Source: Octopus sinensis
Taxonomy: Eukaryota
Assembly (NCBI RefSeq): GCF_006345805.1
Contig: NC_043003.1
Location: forward strand, 74,152,001 to 74,216,000
DNA: 64,000 nt
Direction: 5' to 3'
Shown here: piece by piece, positions 26,780-39,143 of the stretch
Layout of the letters: every line of letters starts with the position of its first letter
How positions within the stretch are numbered: position 1 is the stretch's first letter
Translations under genes and position numbers: made by a program
The notes under the pieces: generated by a model
The model's input: the letters and a program-made list of their open reading frames with translations, nothing else
Told to the model about the DNA's origin: nothing
The model's database searches: none

Positions 26780-26955
26780 GTCATCGTTGTAGTAATAGTA
26801 TCATTATCTTCATCATCATCATTATCATCATCATCATCATCATCATCATCAACATCATCAGTTATAGAAGTATAAGTAATGGCAGTAGTAGTTGTAGTAG
26901 CAGTAGCAGAGGCAGTGGTAGGAGCAGTAGCAACAGCGGTAGCAGTAGAAGTAGA
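26780..26955. repeat. (CAT)n and (AGT/AGC)n low-complexity tracts
   Basis: Trinucleotide runs. Confidence 0.85.
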
Positions 26956-27669
26956 ATGGCTGGTTGGCTAGCTGAATCGGCTTTGTACTTCAGGCGCGTC
27001 ACGACTAGTATTAGTAGTTTTATCGTAGTAATGATGGTAGTGGTGGGCGTGTGGGTGGTTGCGGTACTGTACCCACGCACAAAGAAGCCAGCACCATTTT
27101 GGAACAGTGAGATCTCGCCTGCAACCATTGCCATACGCGAGATAAAACCGAGATCTCACCTGCAACCATCAGTTAAGGATAAGACAACATTCTTCCTCTC
27201 ATCCTTCTCACGCTGACGCCGAGGAAGACTTCGAAGCCAGGAGCTTACTGCGAACTTTTTTCCCGCTGTGATACCACATGCACTGTCTCCGGATGTTATT
27301 GAACCTCACGTGTATGGGAGAGAAGGCTAACCACTCACTGGTGTGAGGATGGTTACTGAAAGCAAACCCTGGTACGAAGCACCTGTGAATAAACGGTTAT
27401 TGAATTTATTCCGCCTCAGAACTTTATTCTTTGTTTTTTCCAGCTCTTTGAATCAACAGAATAATTATAATGGAAGAAGAACATAACCCAAAAGTTTCAT
27501 AGAAACCTTCCTATTATTATTGTAGTATTAGTATTAGAGGTGGCTTGTATTCTTTTGCCATCAGGAAACAAAGGAAGAAACGTCACACCCTTCAGCAGAG
27601 GCCAAACGTGTTTACTATTACCAGCGATCAATGAGAGAGCTGGCCTTGTTGTGTTTTACTTACTGATCG

Positions 27670-27670
27670 A

Positions 27671-27765
<95 letters not shown>

Positions 27766-29720
27766 TATTGTATTGTATTGGCATCCTTTCTGTCTCGGGA
27801 GACAATGGAGTTGCGCATGAAGTAGTCTAGTCTGGCTTTATATTTCATGTCCTGATACATTTCCTGCTGTGGCTGTGTAGTCCTACCCTGGACAAACACT
27901 CCCTCTGGCAGGTACCGCAAATGTAGCGAAGACTGTTTCTGGCTGGTTGTAGTGCCATAGTCTCTTGTTTACGTCTCTTCCTTTATTCCATTTCTTCTCT
28001 CTCTCTCTCTCTGTCACTCCTTTGTATTCCCTCTTTTACTGTATGTCGCCATTCTCCACGGTTGCCGGCAGCTGCCTCCCAACCGCTAATATTGATGTTG
28101 CAGGCCTTCATGTCCCTTTTGCAAACATCCTTGTAACGTAAGATCGGTCTACCCACAGACCTAGTACCCCTAGCAAGCTCTCCGTAGAGTATGTCCTTGG
28201 GGATTCTGCCATCTTTCATACGGCTAACATGCCCAAGCCATCTCATACGTCTTTGTGTGAGGAGTGCAAACATGCTTGGTATTCCTGCTTGCCTGAGGAC
28301 ATCTTTTTTGGGGATATGATTCTGCCATTTGATGCGGAGGATTTTTCGGAGGCATCGCAGGTGAAAGATGTTTAGGCGACGCTCTTGGCGTGTGTATAGC
28401 GTCCAGGTCTCACTCCCATACAGTAGAGTGCTGAGTACACATGCCTGGTAGATCTTCATTTTCGTGGTCTTGGTCAGCTTATTGTTGTCCCAAGCCCGTT
28501 TGGAGAGTTGGGCCATCGCAGCAGCTGCCTTGCCAATGCGTATATTCAGCTCAGCGTCAAGGGATAGGTTGTAGGTGACGGTAGAGCCCAGATAGGTAAA
28601 CTTCTCCACCTCTTGTAATCTGTGGTCTTCAATATGTATGTTTGGGATGTCCGATGTAGCCTGGCCCATGATGTTGGTCTTCTTAAGGCTGATAGCTAAG
28701 CCAAAGTCGTTACATGCTTGCTCAAAACAGTTAATGAGCCTTTGGAGGGCTTCTTCTGTGTGTGTTACCAGAGCGGCATCATCAGCAAATAACATCTCCT
28801 TGATCAGGACGTTTCTGATTTTGGTCTTGGCACGCAGGCGCGAGTGATTGAACAGTTTCCCGTCACTTCTACTGTGCAGAAACACTCCATCATCTGATGT
28901 CTGAAAGGCATGTGAAAGTAAGAGCGAGAAGAAGATGCCAAAAAATGTAGGAGAGAGGACACAGCCTTGCTTTACCCCGTTTTTTATTTGTAAGGCGGCT
29001 GATGTTGAACCGTTGTGCTGTATGGTGCCTTGCTTGTCATCATGGAAAGACTTGGTGATCCTCAGCAGCTTTGGTGGACATCCGGTTTTTTTGGAGCAGG
29101 ATGAAGAGGCCTGTTCTGCTTACCGAGTCAAAAGACTTTGTTAGATCAATGAAGGCCATATATAATGGCATTTTCTGCTCTCTGGTCTTCTCCTGAAGTT
29201 GGCGTATGGAGAATATCATATTGATAGTTGATCTGCTTCTTCTAAAGCCACACTGCGATTCCGGAAAGATTCGAGAAGCAAGTAGTTGTAGCCTGGCCAG
29301 GATAACGCGGGCAAAGTTCTTTCTAACAGTGCTTAGAAGGGATATACCACGGTAATTGTTACAATCACCACGGTCACCTTTGTTTTTGTAAAGCGTAATG
29401 ATGCTAGCATCCCGCATATCCTGAGGGACTGTACCCTCTTCCCAGCACTGACACAGAAGCTCATGAAGGTGCCGAAGCAGGATGATGTTTTTGCCGGCTT
29501 TGATGATCTCTGAGGGGATGCCGTCTTTTCCCGGAGCCTTATTTCTTGCTAGGGAGTCAACAGCCTTGGTGAGCCCTGCTATAGATGGCGGACTGTCAAG
29601 TTCGCACGTGACTGGCAAGATCTTGACACTCACGACTGCAGCCTCAGCCACTGTGGTCTCCCGTGAGTAGAGATCCTAGTAGTACTCCACCCATCTATCC
29701 ATTTGCTTGCCTCCGCTCCT
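27670..29720 (-). mobile_element. 5'-truncated RTE-clade LINE (RT domain nearly intact) with (ATT)n tail
   Basis: ORFs 29040-29651 (YRGISLLST, QCGFR, FIDLTKSFD) and 27983-28885 (FADD at 28778-28789, FTYLGS, LYGSETW, RWLGHV, GRP..RYKD); frameshift in a T7 run at 29086-29092; stop near 29680; no APE domain. Confidence 0.95.
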
Positions 29721-29770
29721 AATATCCTAAATGTTTTCAGTACTGACAGCTTGCTGTCGTGTTTTAAATG

Positions 29771-29887
29771 ATCTCATCGCTAACAACCTCTTAGAATTTC
29801 GTTAATTCTGACCATCGTCCCTTAATTCCGACCGACCTGTTATAATCTCATCGCTAACAACCTCTTAGAATTTCGTTAACTCTGACC
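29771..29887. repeat. Direct repeat of ~43 bp (period 74) at the RTE 5' junction
   Basis: ATCTCATCGCTAACAACCTCTTAGAATTTCGTTAAyTCTGACC at 29771 and 29845. Confidence 0.9.
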
Positions 29888-30169
29888 GACCTATTCGCTG
29901 TGCGCCCGCCCAAACCAACCGCCACCACCGATACCGGATATCTCTCTAATTCTCTCCCCCTCCCACCCTCTCTTAACTTCCCTCCCTTGTCCTTATGAAA
30001 CGAAGCGAAGCAAAATGCTGCTGCTGCTGTTGCCATAACTACTACTATTACCACTGCCTCTGCTACTGCTGATAGTGATATTGCTGCTGCTACTGCAACT
30101 GCTGCTGCTGTTGATGATGAATATTAGTGGTTGAAAATAAAAATAATAATAATAATAATCGTGATAATA

Positions 30170-30203
<34 letters not shown>

Positions 30204-30221
30204 TATATGTATGTATATATA

Positions 30222-30268
<47 letters not shown>

Positions 30269-30699
30269 TGAGATTTACATCGTTGCACATTCTTTTCTTT
30301 TTCTGGGTTTTGCAGTGGTTTACAGCTTTCATAATTGTGCTGTTTGTATGTAGTGGCAGTGGTTTATTTCCTTAGTTTTTATCATGCGTTTAATAGTGCT
30401 GTTTCAATAAAAGAATGTTTACATTTTCAAATGCTTAGGGAGAAAGGAAAGGGAGGATTTTAACAGAAAGTTGTAGATATTAAAATTTCAACGTTTTTAA
30501 AGATTACTGTGTGCGTGTTCGGCCACAGCAAACTAGATATGGAAGATTTTCAACTCATTTTGAAGGAAATTTTAAATACTCAGTGTAACTTGTAGTTATT
30601 CCAGTGTTTGAGAGTTATTTTTCAATTGACCTGCTGAATTATATTAGTGTTTCTGGGTCATCTATTATTATCTTCATTATCATCAGGATCAATGATCAT

Positions 30700-31400
30700 T
30701 ATTACAATTATTATTATTATTCTTAAAGACTTTCGGATAGTCCTTAATTACCAGTTATTCTTTACATGAAGGCAGGGAATTACAAATCCCCATACGTTTC
30801 AAGTGTTGCCTTTTCCTGTGACTCAAACAGACTATAATATCCTTACAATGCAAGCTGTACCATCAATACAGTCTTCTGGATCACCTCGAGCCTCACAACA
30901 GCCCCATTATCCTTTATATGTTTTCCAAAGCCCTTGGAAACTGCTTCTAATGCTTCAATTACCACCGGTATCACTATTACATTCCTCATGCTCCATAACG
31001 TTCCTATCTTATCCCGCAGTGGCTGGTATTTCTCATTATTTACTGTTCCCTTACATTTCCCCCTCGAATCGCCCAGTATTGCAACATCTATTATTTTTAC
31101 TTCTTTTTAATCTTTATGGATGAACAAGATATCTGGTCGTTTCGCCTGTATGACTTGGTCGCACTGGATGTTAAAATCCAAGAGTATTTTGTGATGCCCG
31201 TTTTCCACTATTCCTTCGGGCTTGTGTTCTTACTATTGTTTTGCTTTACAGCAGAACAGCCAGTGGCCATAACTGGTCACATTGTCGTGTTTCCTTTTGT
31301 TTTCGCGTTGTGCGAGCTTACATCACTCATTAGCAATATGGCTTATACTTTCTCCCTTCTCAGAGTACATCCTACACTGTGGCAAGCCAGAGAATAAATG
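30700..31400 (-). mobile_element. R4/Dong LINE 3' fragment (CCHC + RLE endonuclease) ending in (AAT)n
   Basis: Minus translation PQCRM..GESISHIANE..LAQ.., KILLDFNIQCDQVIQAKRPDIL..IIDVAI, EKYQPL..LWSMRNVIVIPVVI..IQKTVL; TAA repeats at ~30705-30722. Confidence 0.85.
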
Positions 31401-31829
31401 TAAATAATGGAAAGGTACCGTTTCGGTATCATTAGAATCTAAACGTATTTGTTCTAATGATTATTGATGGGAAGAACCTCTAAAAATTGTTCACGTTTTT
31501 CATCATTTCTGTGAGAAGGCGTAACAGTTTCTCTTAATCAATGCATAGGATAGGTCATTTGCTATGTATGAAGCTTGAATAAATTCCATAAGCATATAAT
31601 GCAGCTTTTATTGTACCGTCATTAATTAGATCATACCTGTTTTATATACAGTAGCTTTATTGTAAACAATATCAAATGAAATAAATTGAAAGGAAAGAAA
31701 TCCACTTTCATTAAAAGGAGAATGCACCGAAATTCTTTTTATGCAATATTTGTGCAATAAAAGGACGGAGATGCCTCCTGACAGAAAAAATTACAGTTTG
31801 TCGACCTTTCATCAAATAATATACCTATT

Positions 31830-32150
31830 TCTTTACTACCCACAAGGGTCTAAACACAGAGGGTACAAACAGGGAAAGACAAACGGATTAAGTCGATTAT
31901 ATCGACCCCAGTGCGTAACTAGTACTTATTTAATCGACCTCGAAATGATGAAAGGCAAATTCGACCTCGGCGGAATTAGAACTCAGAACATGAAGACAGA
32001 CAAAATACTGCTACATTCTGAGTTCAAATTCCGCCGAGGACGACTTTGCCTTTCATCCTGTCGAGGTCGATTAAATAAGTACCAGTTACGCACTGGAGTC
32101 GATATAATCGACTTAATCCGTTTGTCTTATGCCTGCTTTCCTTTCCTAAA
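31830..32150. mobile_element. Two head-to-head SINE copies forming a 113-bp-arm inverted repeat
   Basis: 31876-31988 is the reverse complement of 32016-32128; B-box-like GAGTTCAAATTCC. Confidence 0.85.
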
Positions 32151-34597
32151 GGTAAGCATATGTTTTGAAAAGAATTATAAACCACGCGAGCACATTATGG
32201 TAGATTTGCAATTTTATAGTTGCAAATATCTGCAAACATATCTAGAACGGATCCGTGAACAAGCGGAGCTCATTGTGCTATATATGTGTGATTTGTGACA
32301 GTGGCTTAGCAGGGTACTTCTCAATTGATTTAGCAGTGTAGTAAATAATTTCACGTAGGTATATGCCTGGAAACTGTTGATGTTTCTGTTCATAGATACT
32401 TACAGAGTAAGAGGAGAGAGAGAGAGAGGTGGGGGACTGAGAAAGAGAGGGAAATTACTAAGAGGTTACAGGTGGTGAATATCCTCCTTGAGGGGAGAGA
32501 ACCGCTTCAAGGCTTACTGAATATTTTTTTTTTACTTACTGATTGTTGATTAAACTTATTTTTTTAATTATTTTAGTTTGTATTTGAGAGTTTATGAAGT
32601 TGTTCTTTATCAGTCATACTTGTATATCTTACAAGTAGGCAGAGATTTTAAAGCACCGAACAAAATCCTTTTAATTTCAAATCACTTCGTTGTTGATTTT
32701 GCCGTTCATCTTACCGTGTTCAATTAATATATAATACTATTGAAGTACTGATGTTTATGTAAGACATGAATCATATGTACTTAAAACGCTTATGGACTTG
32801 CCAACAATTTTAGTGTTTGTGTTCTGCTTCTCATTAGAATGTTTTTATTTGAGATCTTTAGGTTTGTTAATAACGACCATACCAGTGTAAGAAACGTTGG
32901 TAGGATTTTATTTTCAGTTTTTATATTAAAATTTTATTTCAGTACCAAGAAATTGCTTCCATTGAAAAATCTATTATATCTTTTTTTTCAGTCACTGCTT
33001 CTGCCAACACTGCATGGCTATGTTTTTGAGTACAAATGTAATATCCTATCTTTGATTAAGATTTCTGAATATATTTATTAGTCATTCATATCCTCGTCTA
33101 CATATTTTTTAGAAAATATTGTAGGTGTATATTCACTATAAAGTTCAACTACAAGAATTATTTTTACTGTCTACATCATGCTGTCTTCTTGTTATATATA
33201 TTTTGTATGCAGTTGAGAATTACATGATATTTGGTGAGCACAGGTCATTTGACATCGGTCTTTCAATAGCATATTTGAATTTCCATTCCACACTTCAATT
33301 AGAGTTGGAGAAAATGCACAGACTAACTAAAAATAAACAACTGCTATGACAGCCATGTGAAACACTAATTCCTCTATTCTGAAATGCTTAATCCTCATAC
33401 CTTATACGTCGGTGTGTAAGATGCGGTTCTTTATATTTTAAATGTGACATTCTTCTAGTGCTGTCATATTACAGATGGCATAACGACTGTATGAGTTTAA
33501 GATGAAACACACTAAATTAATTTTTTCCACAAAATGTTATTTCCCCCCACAAAATGTCATTTTCCCACTAAAGTTTGGCTTTGTCTTACGTGAGAATACA
33601 TCTTATAGACCGGCAAATACGGAATGCAAAAATTTAAGCAATAATGTTAAACATTCCTAGAGACAGATTGCTGTGAGCTATGAAAAGCTGAAATAGATTT
33701 TCATGACTATTCATAATAGCTGAGTTGACTATTATAGTCTGACAATTAAATTTCACATTAACTGCCATTTCCGTATTTACCAATTAACTCTGACTTACAT
33801 ATTTAGCAATTAACACTGACTTACATATTGAACTTCTTTGAAATCAATCGGTAATTATTAACTTATTCTGGAAATCATTTGACAGCAATCTTTCAATCAG
33901 ACAAATCTTAAATTAAACACTAAATTTTTTAGTTAAAGCTATTCCTTCAAGACGGGTTGAATGCTAAACAAATTTTTTGTCGTATTGATATTTCTTCCAT
34001 TATAAACTACTGTAAGTCATTATTTTATATACTTATCAGATAATTAATGATTTTAATCAGCGCAGGAATTCCTCTTGAGAATAAATCCAGGCAATATATT
34101 GAGAAATTAATGTGTGTTTCGATACATAATTGAAATCAGGTGTGTGAAATGGTTTAAGAAAGCACAGAGCTTTTACTTAGATGAGATTTATCTGTAGACA
34201 AATTGACTCGGTGAAAACTTATTTAGTCATTGAACATATTTGTGAACCATACACACACAAATGCATAGACAGAAATATATACACACTCACCTTAACACGC
34301 ATATAAACATTTGTATATTGATATATAGAGTGTGCAAGCCATGGCCTGGAATCAATATAATCAACTCAAACCCAAAGCTCAAAATTGGTGTTTTGCACTC
34401 TGTAGGAATCGAAAAGCATCAAAAGAAAATATTTGTCGTAACTGTGCCTTACCATTACGATCTGATTTACAACAACGCCAGGGTAAATTTTCAATCTTTG
34501 GACGTTGACAAAGTAAAACGTGAGTTAATTACTTATAAGTTATAAGATATGCCCTTTGTATTGAGGCAGTGTATAAAGGTAGATAATGAAAATGAGC

Positions 34598-34972
34598 TCA
34601 GGTGAACCATGTATCGACGCTTAAATCTACAGATCCTAGACTGGTGCGAGTGCAGAATTGAGGCCAGACATTTGAGTCCACATTGTAGGGTAAAAAACTA
34701 CATCCAACTGACCCAACAGTTACAGTTTTTTCTGTAGTTCTGATGCTGGTAGACCTATTCTCACTATGTACCGAACGTTGATTCGTACGATTAAGTATAC
34801 TAGAGGTATGCCCAGAGGTGTTAGCATTCCTAGTATGAAGCTGGGACCGGGACATTGGCATAGTCACAAGTATTAATGTCACTAACACCAGGTGCAATAG
34901 TGCTAATACAGCTATCGCTAAAATAGGTTCAGTGTTAGTATCATACAGGTGGGGTGCCAGGCGGATTGTTGA
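34598..34972 (-). other. Open frame with transmembrane-like segment and N-glycosylation sequons (candidate exon)
   Basis: 124 sense codons: ILAIAVLALLHLVLVTLILVTM followed by NTS, NRT and NRS; possible donor G|GTCAGT. No homology recognised. Confidence 0.25.
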
Positions 34973-35789
34973 CTACACCTATAACTAGTCGGCTGGGTTT
35001 ACGCCTATTGGAAACCTTTATTATATATCCCAAATGTGTGTGGGAGGAGTTCAATATGCTATCTTAAGAGATTTATTATAAATGAGGTAATAATATCGGT
35101 AGGTTGAAAGTTATAGCTCGGAATTTTGAAAATATCTTCAGTATCGCTGAAACTGAAACGAAAGGAGGTTGCAAACCATATGGTCTCCTGCTTTCTTCCG
35201 CTTGTATCTTAAGAATATGTAGTATCAGAATACGAAAATAAAATTTTAGTATTAGGAATGTATGATACACTATTGAGGAAGCTGCAACTATTTTCGAATG
35301 AGATGGTCAGTTTATAAATATGATATACTTTCGGAGCATCTTACGGTTATGTTAAATGGATTTCCAAGTCATATCTGTGGATGTGCCAAAAAAAAACTTA
35401 TGGATAGGATAGGGAAGTGTTGATTTATTTGAGAAGGAGTTAAGTGTCCTGAAGGGATTCTAATCTGAGCAGAATCCAAAGACCCTATGGTGATAACGAA
35501 ATTACAGAACCTGTATTGATATTAAGAGACAAGATGCTAAAGAAAGTGTCGATATCCGACGGATAGTGGGGAGAGCATTTTCTAGCGAAGATTAAGGATT
35601 TATTTAATCGAATAGAGGATATGAAGACTTAATGGTTCCAAATATGAAATTGGAGGAAGTATGAGAACTGGAAGAAAGTGTACATTCATACATGGTGACT
35701 GCCCCCTAGTTATCGAGTATGGCCATTGCACGAAGCTTAATCAATGTTGTTATCGTGCAATGCCTGTGCAAGAAGTTTTTTTTAAAGTG

Positions 35790-36235
35790 AGGAAAGGCTA
35801 TGCCTCTCACTAAGCAACAGTAGCCATAATCCGAAAAGAAGAACAACTCAACATCATCGGTAACCACTGAGCCGTAGGTTTTATGAGGGAGTTATCCCAG
35901 TTACTTGAGTTACCATCTCCGAGAGGGATGCCCTAACAAAGGCTAGGAGTCCTTCACTCCCAATGGTTTAATCGCGCGATCGGGTATTCAGTCCAATTAT
36001 TTCTATGTCCCTGCGCATGATACAGCCTTAACACATTTATTGGATGGCCGTTGACTCTCAGGAGTTCCTCCGCCCTTTGACGGGTATTGTTTTTCATCCC
36101 GCAGGGTGTCTAATTAACACCCTCCTCACCAAGCAAGCTTGGCGGGGTTGCCGGTTTAGTCGCCGACGACCCAACCATGTAACAGGTTGTACTGGGTTAC
36201 ATGTTACCAGTAGCACTCGAAAGTGACCTGACATA
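35790..36235 (-). mobile_element. GC-rich structured repeat, probably an RTE-type 5' UTR, preceded by (ATGT)n
   Basis: Multiple hairpins (CACT-TTCG-AGTG, CCAAGC/GCTTGG, AGGGTGT/ACACCCT) and TTAGGGCATCC..TAAAACC motifs that resemble RTE 5' UTRs. Confidence 0.45.
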
Positions 36236-36904
36236 CATACATACAGACAAACAGACATATATGCGTGCTTTCATGCATACATACATACAAACAAAATACC
36301 CTGTTGTTGAAGTTGAAATTCTACTGAGGGAACCTTGGATCTATTGACAAGTAATCTACAAATAAAGCGTATAGAACTAGAATATAGTGCTAGTAATTTT
36401 GATATCAATCTTCCCCGATGCCATAATCCTGACTACAGAGTATTTACTACTTAGAGTTAAACCGGATTTAATGGGGCAAATAAGCCCAATTGGAAATTTG
36501 CAGGAGAAGCCAGACTTAACGAAACACTGTGCTTTTAATTACACTCTCTTTTCCCGATTTTGTCCTGCTTGCACTCACCCTTCAACCATTTATATTTGCA
36601 AGCAATACTACAAGATTCGCACTCGTTAACCTTCTCTTGTATAGACGAGTCGAACTTCCTGTTATAACTGAAATTTCATCAAATTATGATTATTACGTAA
36701 CCCATGATTTTCTGAAAGAGCCGTCACGATATGACGCTATATACTTTTATATATATGTATATTTTTTGTTTATTTCGCTTTCGTATTTTTGTGCCCCATT
36801 TTTGTAGATATATCTACATAGCCTAATTGTGTTTATGCACCAAATTTTACATGTGTGTGCGTATGTGCGTATGAGGGTGTTAATATATATTTATCTTCAT
36901 GCAT

Positions 36905-36909
36905 AGATA

Positions 36910-36948
<39 letters not shown>

Positions 36949-37070
36949 TATACATATACATAAGCCTATAATATATATATATATTATATATATATATATT
37001 ATATATATATATATTATATATATATATATATATATAATATATATATATATACATATACATAAGCTTATAA

Positions 37071-37103
<33 letters not shown>

Positions 37104-37112
37104 ATATATATA
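36905..37112. repeat. (AT)n microsatellite, left flank of the HHR foldback
   Basis: TA run. Confidence 0.95.
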
Positions 37113-37266
37113 CATTCAGCAAAAACAATTAAGATTCAAGTGAATTCCACAGAATTCAAATGAATATGGTACTTAACTTAGATGCACCAGAATTGTTTAT
37201 GGTATTAACCATAAAAAATTTGGGGTGATTATAACCAAGATAAAAGCAACAAGAATGGATTAGTAG

Positions 37267-37355
37267 TTTAGTACAATTGTTTCATACCAAGAACAATTTT
37301 ATTTAAAGCTGTAAGTATTGCAGCAAATACACATGTCCAGTATTCATCAGCTAAA
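37267..37355 (-). ncRNA. Type I hammerhead ribozyme with extended stem II
   Basis: Minus strand: stem I TTTAG/CTAAA; CTGATGA; stem II ATACT..GGTAT plus a long rod; GAAA; palindromic stem III ACAATTGT; GUA cleavage predicted between 37272 and 37271. Confidence 0.85.
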
Positions 37356-37609
37356 TATGTTTTCCAGACATCCTAGAGAGTGTGTCTATCCTCATGAAGT
37401 ATTAGGAGTGAGTTCTATGAAATTTAAAGTCAAATTATAAGCAGACTTAAGTTGCTTTCTAATGATGCACAGTTTTATAAAAAGTTTTAAAAAAGATTTT
37501 ATAAAACTGTGCATGATTAGAAAGCAATTTGAGTCTGCTTATAACTTGACTTTCAATTTCAAAGAACTCACTCCTAATACTTCATGAGGATAGACACACT
37601 CTCTAGACT

Positions 37610-37698
37610 GAATACTGATGAATACCGGACATTTGTATTTACTGCAATACTTGCAGCTTTAAATAAAATTGTTCTTGGTATGAAACAATTGTACTAAA
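37610..37698 (+). ncRNA. Inverted HHR copy with intact core and stems II/III but broken stem I
   Basis: CTGATGA 37615-37621, ATACC/GGTAT, GAAA 37682-37685, ACAATTGT, GUA ending 37693; 5' side GAATA does not pair with CTAAA. Confidence 0.7.
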
Positions 37699-37779
37699 CT
37701 ACTAATCCATTCTTGTTGCTTTTTTTCTTGGTTATATATATATACATATACATAAACTTATAAATATATATGTATAAGC

Positions 37780-37812
<33 letters not shown>

Positions 37813-37834
37813 ATATATATACATACATATATGT

Positions 37835-38120
37835 TTGTTCCTTGAGCCATGCCAGGCTTATAAGGGCCAGTTTCTTGGCGTATAGGTTCCCCACCTGGAC
37901 GGGACGCCGGTTCGTCGCAGGTAAGCTGCAAGATGCAGGAGGAAAGCGTGAAAGAGAGTTGTGGCGAAAGAGTCAACAGAAGTTCGCCATTACCTTCTGC
38001 CTGAACCGCGTGAAGCTTAGGTGTTTCGCTCATAAACACACACATCTCCTGGTCTGAGATTCAAACCCACGATCCCTCGTCCGCGAGTTTGCTGCTCTAA
38101 CCACTAGGTCCTGTGCCCCC
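37835..38120 (-). mobile_element. tRNA-derived SINE with V-SINE-like core domain
   Basis: A box TAGTGGTTAGAGC, B box GGGTTTGAATC, core CCTGCGACGAACCGGCGTCCCGTCCAGG. Confidence 0.8.
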
Positions 38121-38169
38121 AAATATATATATATATATATATACACACATACAGACATACATACATTGT

Positions 38170-38790
38170 GCACTGTACCAGTGGGATTGCTTCCACTCTT
38201 ACCTTGGAAATCTTTCTTCCAAGTTATGTGGGCAAAAGCACTACGTCTTCTGTACACGCCGCCACACTCGCCAGCCTCCTCACCTCCTCATCTGTCATAC
38301 ACTGGACGATCACTGACCCGTATTTACATCCAATGGTTATATACATTATTTAGTTCGAGTGTCTACTGAGCGTTTTTTCTATTATTTCCGCTTCCACCTG
38401 TTCAGCCTTTTTCTTCTTCATCGAGTGCACGCTATAAGTGATAGCTTTCCTCTCCATTTCTTTCATGATTCTTTTAGGGGGCAACACATTCACGTCCCCA
38501 CCCACTTTCTGCGTCATTTTCCCACATACCTTTAGTCCAGCCAGGTCTACATTTTTTTTCTTCACCTCCGCCACCTCAGAAAATCTTCTTGTTCTCTCCA
38601 ATATTCCGTCCATTTTGCTCACCGCCTTCGCCAGCTACTCCTCCACTGAAGATAATTCAGACCTGCTAGGATCTAAACTTTCTCTAAACTGCTGCCAAGC
38701 AGCACAAATATCCTGCCCGACTCTCAAAATAAATAAAAAATGACCAGCAACAGAATCAATGCATGCGCAGTAACCGGAAGCAAGCTACTT
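38170..38790 (-). mobile_element. Possible 5' end (UTR + ORF1 remnant) of an L1/Tx1-like LINE
   Basis: Long coding-like frame (ORF 38350-38622, with upstream stop at 38635-38637) and downstream VIVQCMTDEEVRRL..LLPT*LGRKISKVRVEAIP resembling Tx1-type ORF1; family assignment uncertain. Confidence 0.35.
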
Positions 38791-39054
38791 ACAAAACATC
38801 AACTCTTGCGCTTTTTCCTTCATCGGCAAAACGCACTGGGCGAAATAAATGAAAATATTTGCACATGCCCCCATGTATAAATATTTTGTAAAAGCATACA
38901 CAAAATGTGAATATACAAATATTAACGAATTTATACGCGTAGATTGTGAAGAAGGTAGACTGTGGTGGGAAGTATTCGGCTTCTTCTTTCAGTATATAGG
39001 CATGATAGCTTTTGTGCCCCTAAGTATAATTGTACAATTACCTCTCTTACTGTC

Positions 39055-39057
<3 letters not shown>

Positions 39058-39143
<86 letters not shown>

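Larger units (their letters stand above)
37113..37736. mobile_element. HHR-bearing foldback element (~250-bp inverted arms 37230-37482 / 37497-37736) within (TA)n
   Basis: Near-perfect inverted repeat with a ~15-nt spacer; each arm contains a CTGATGA..GAAA core. Confidence 0.9.
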
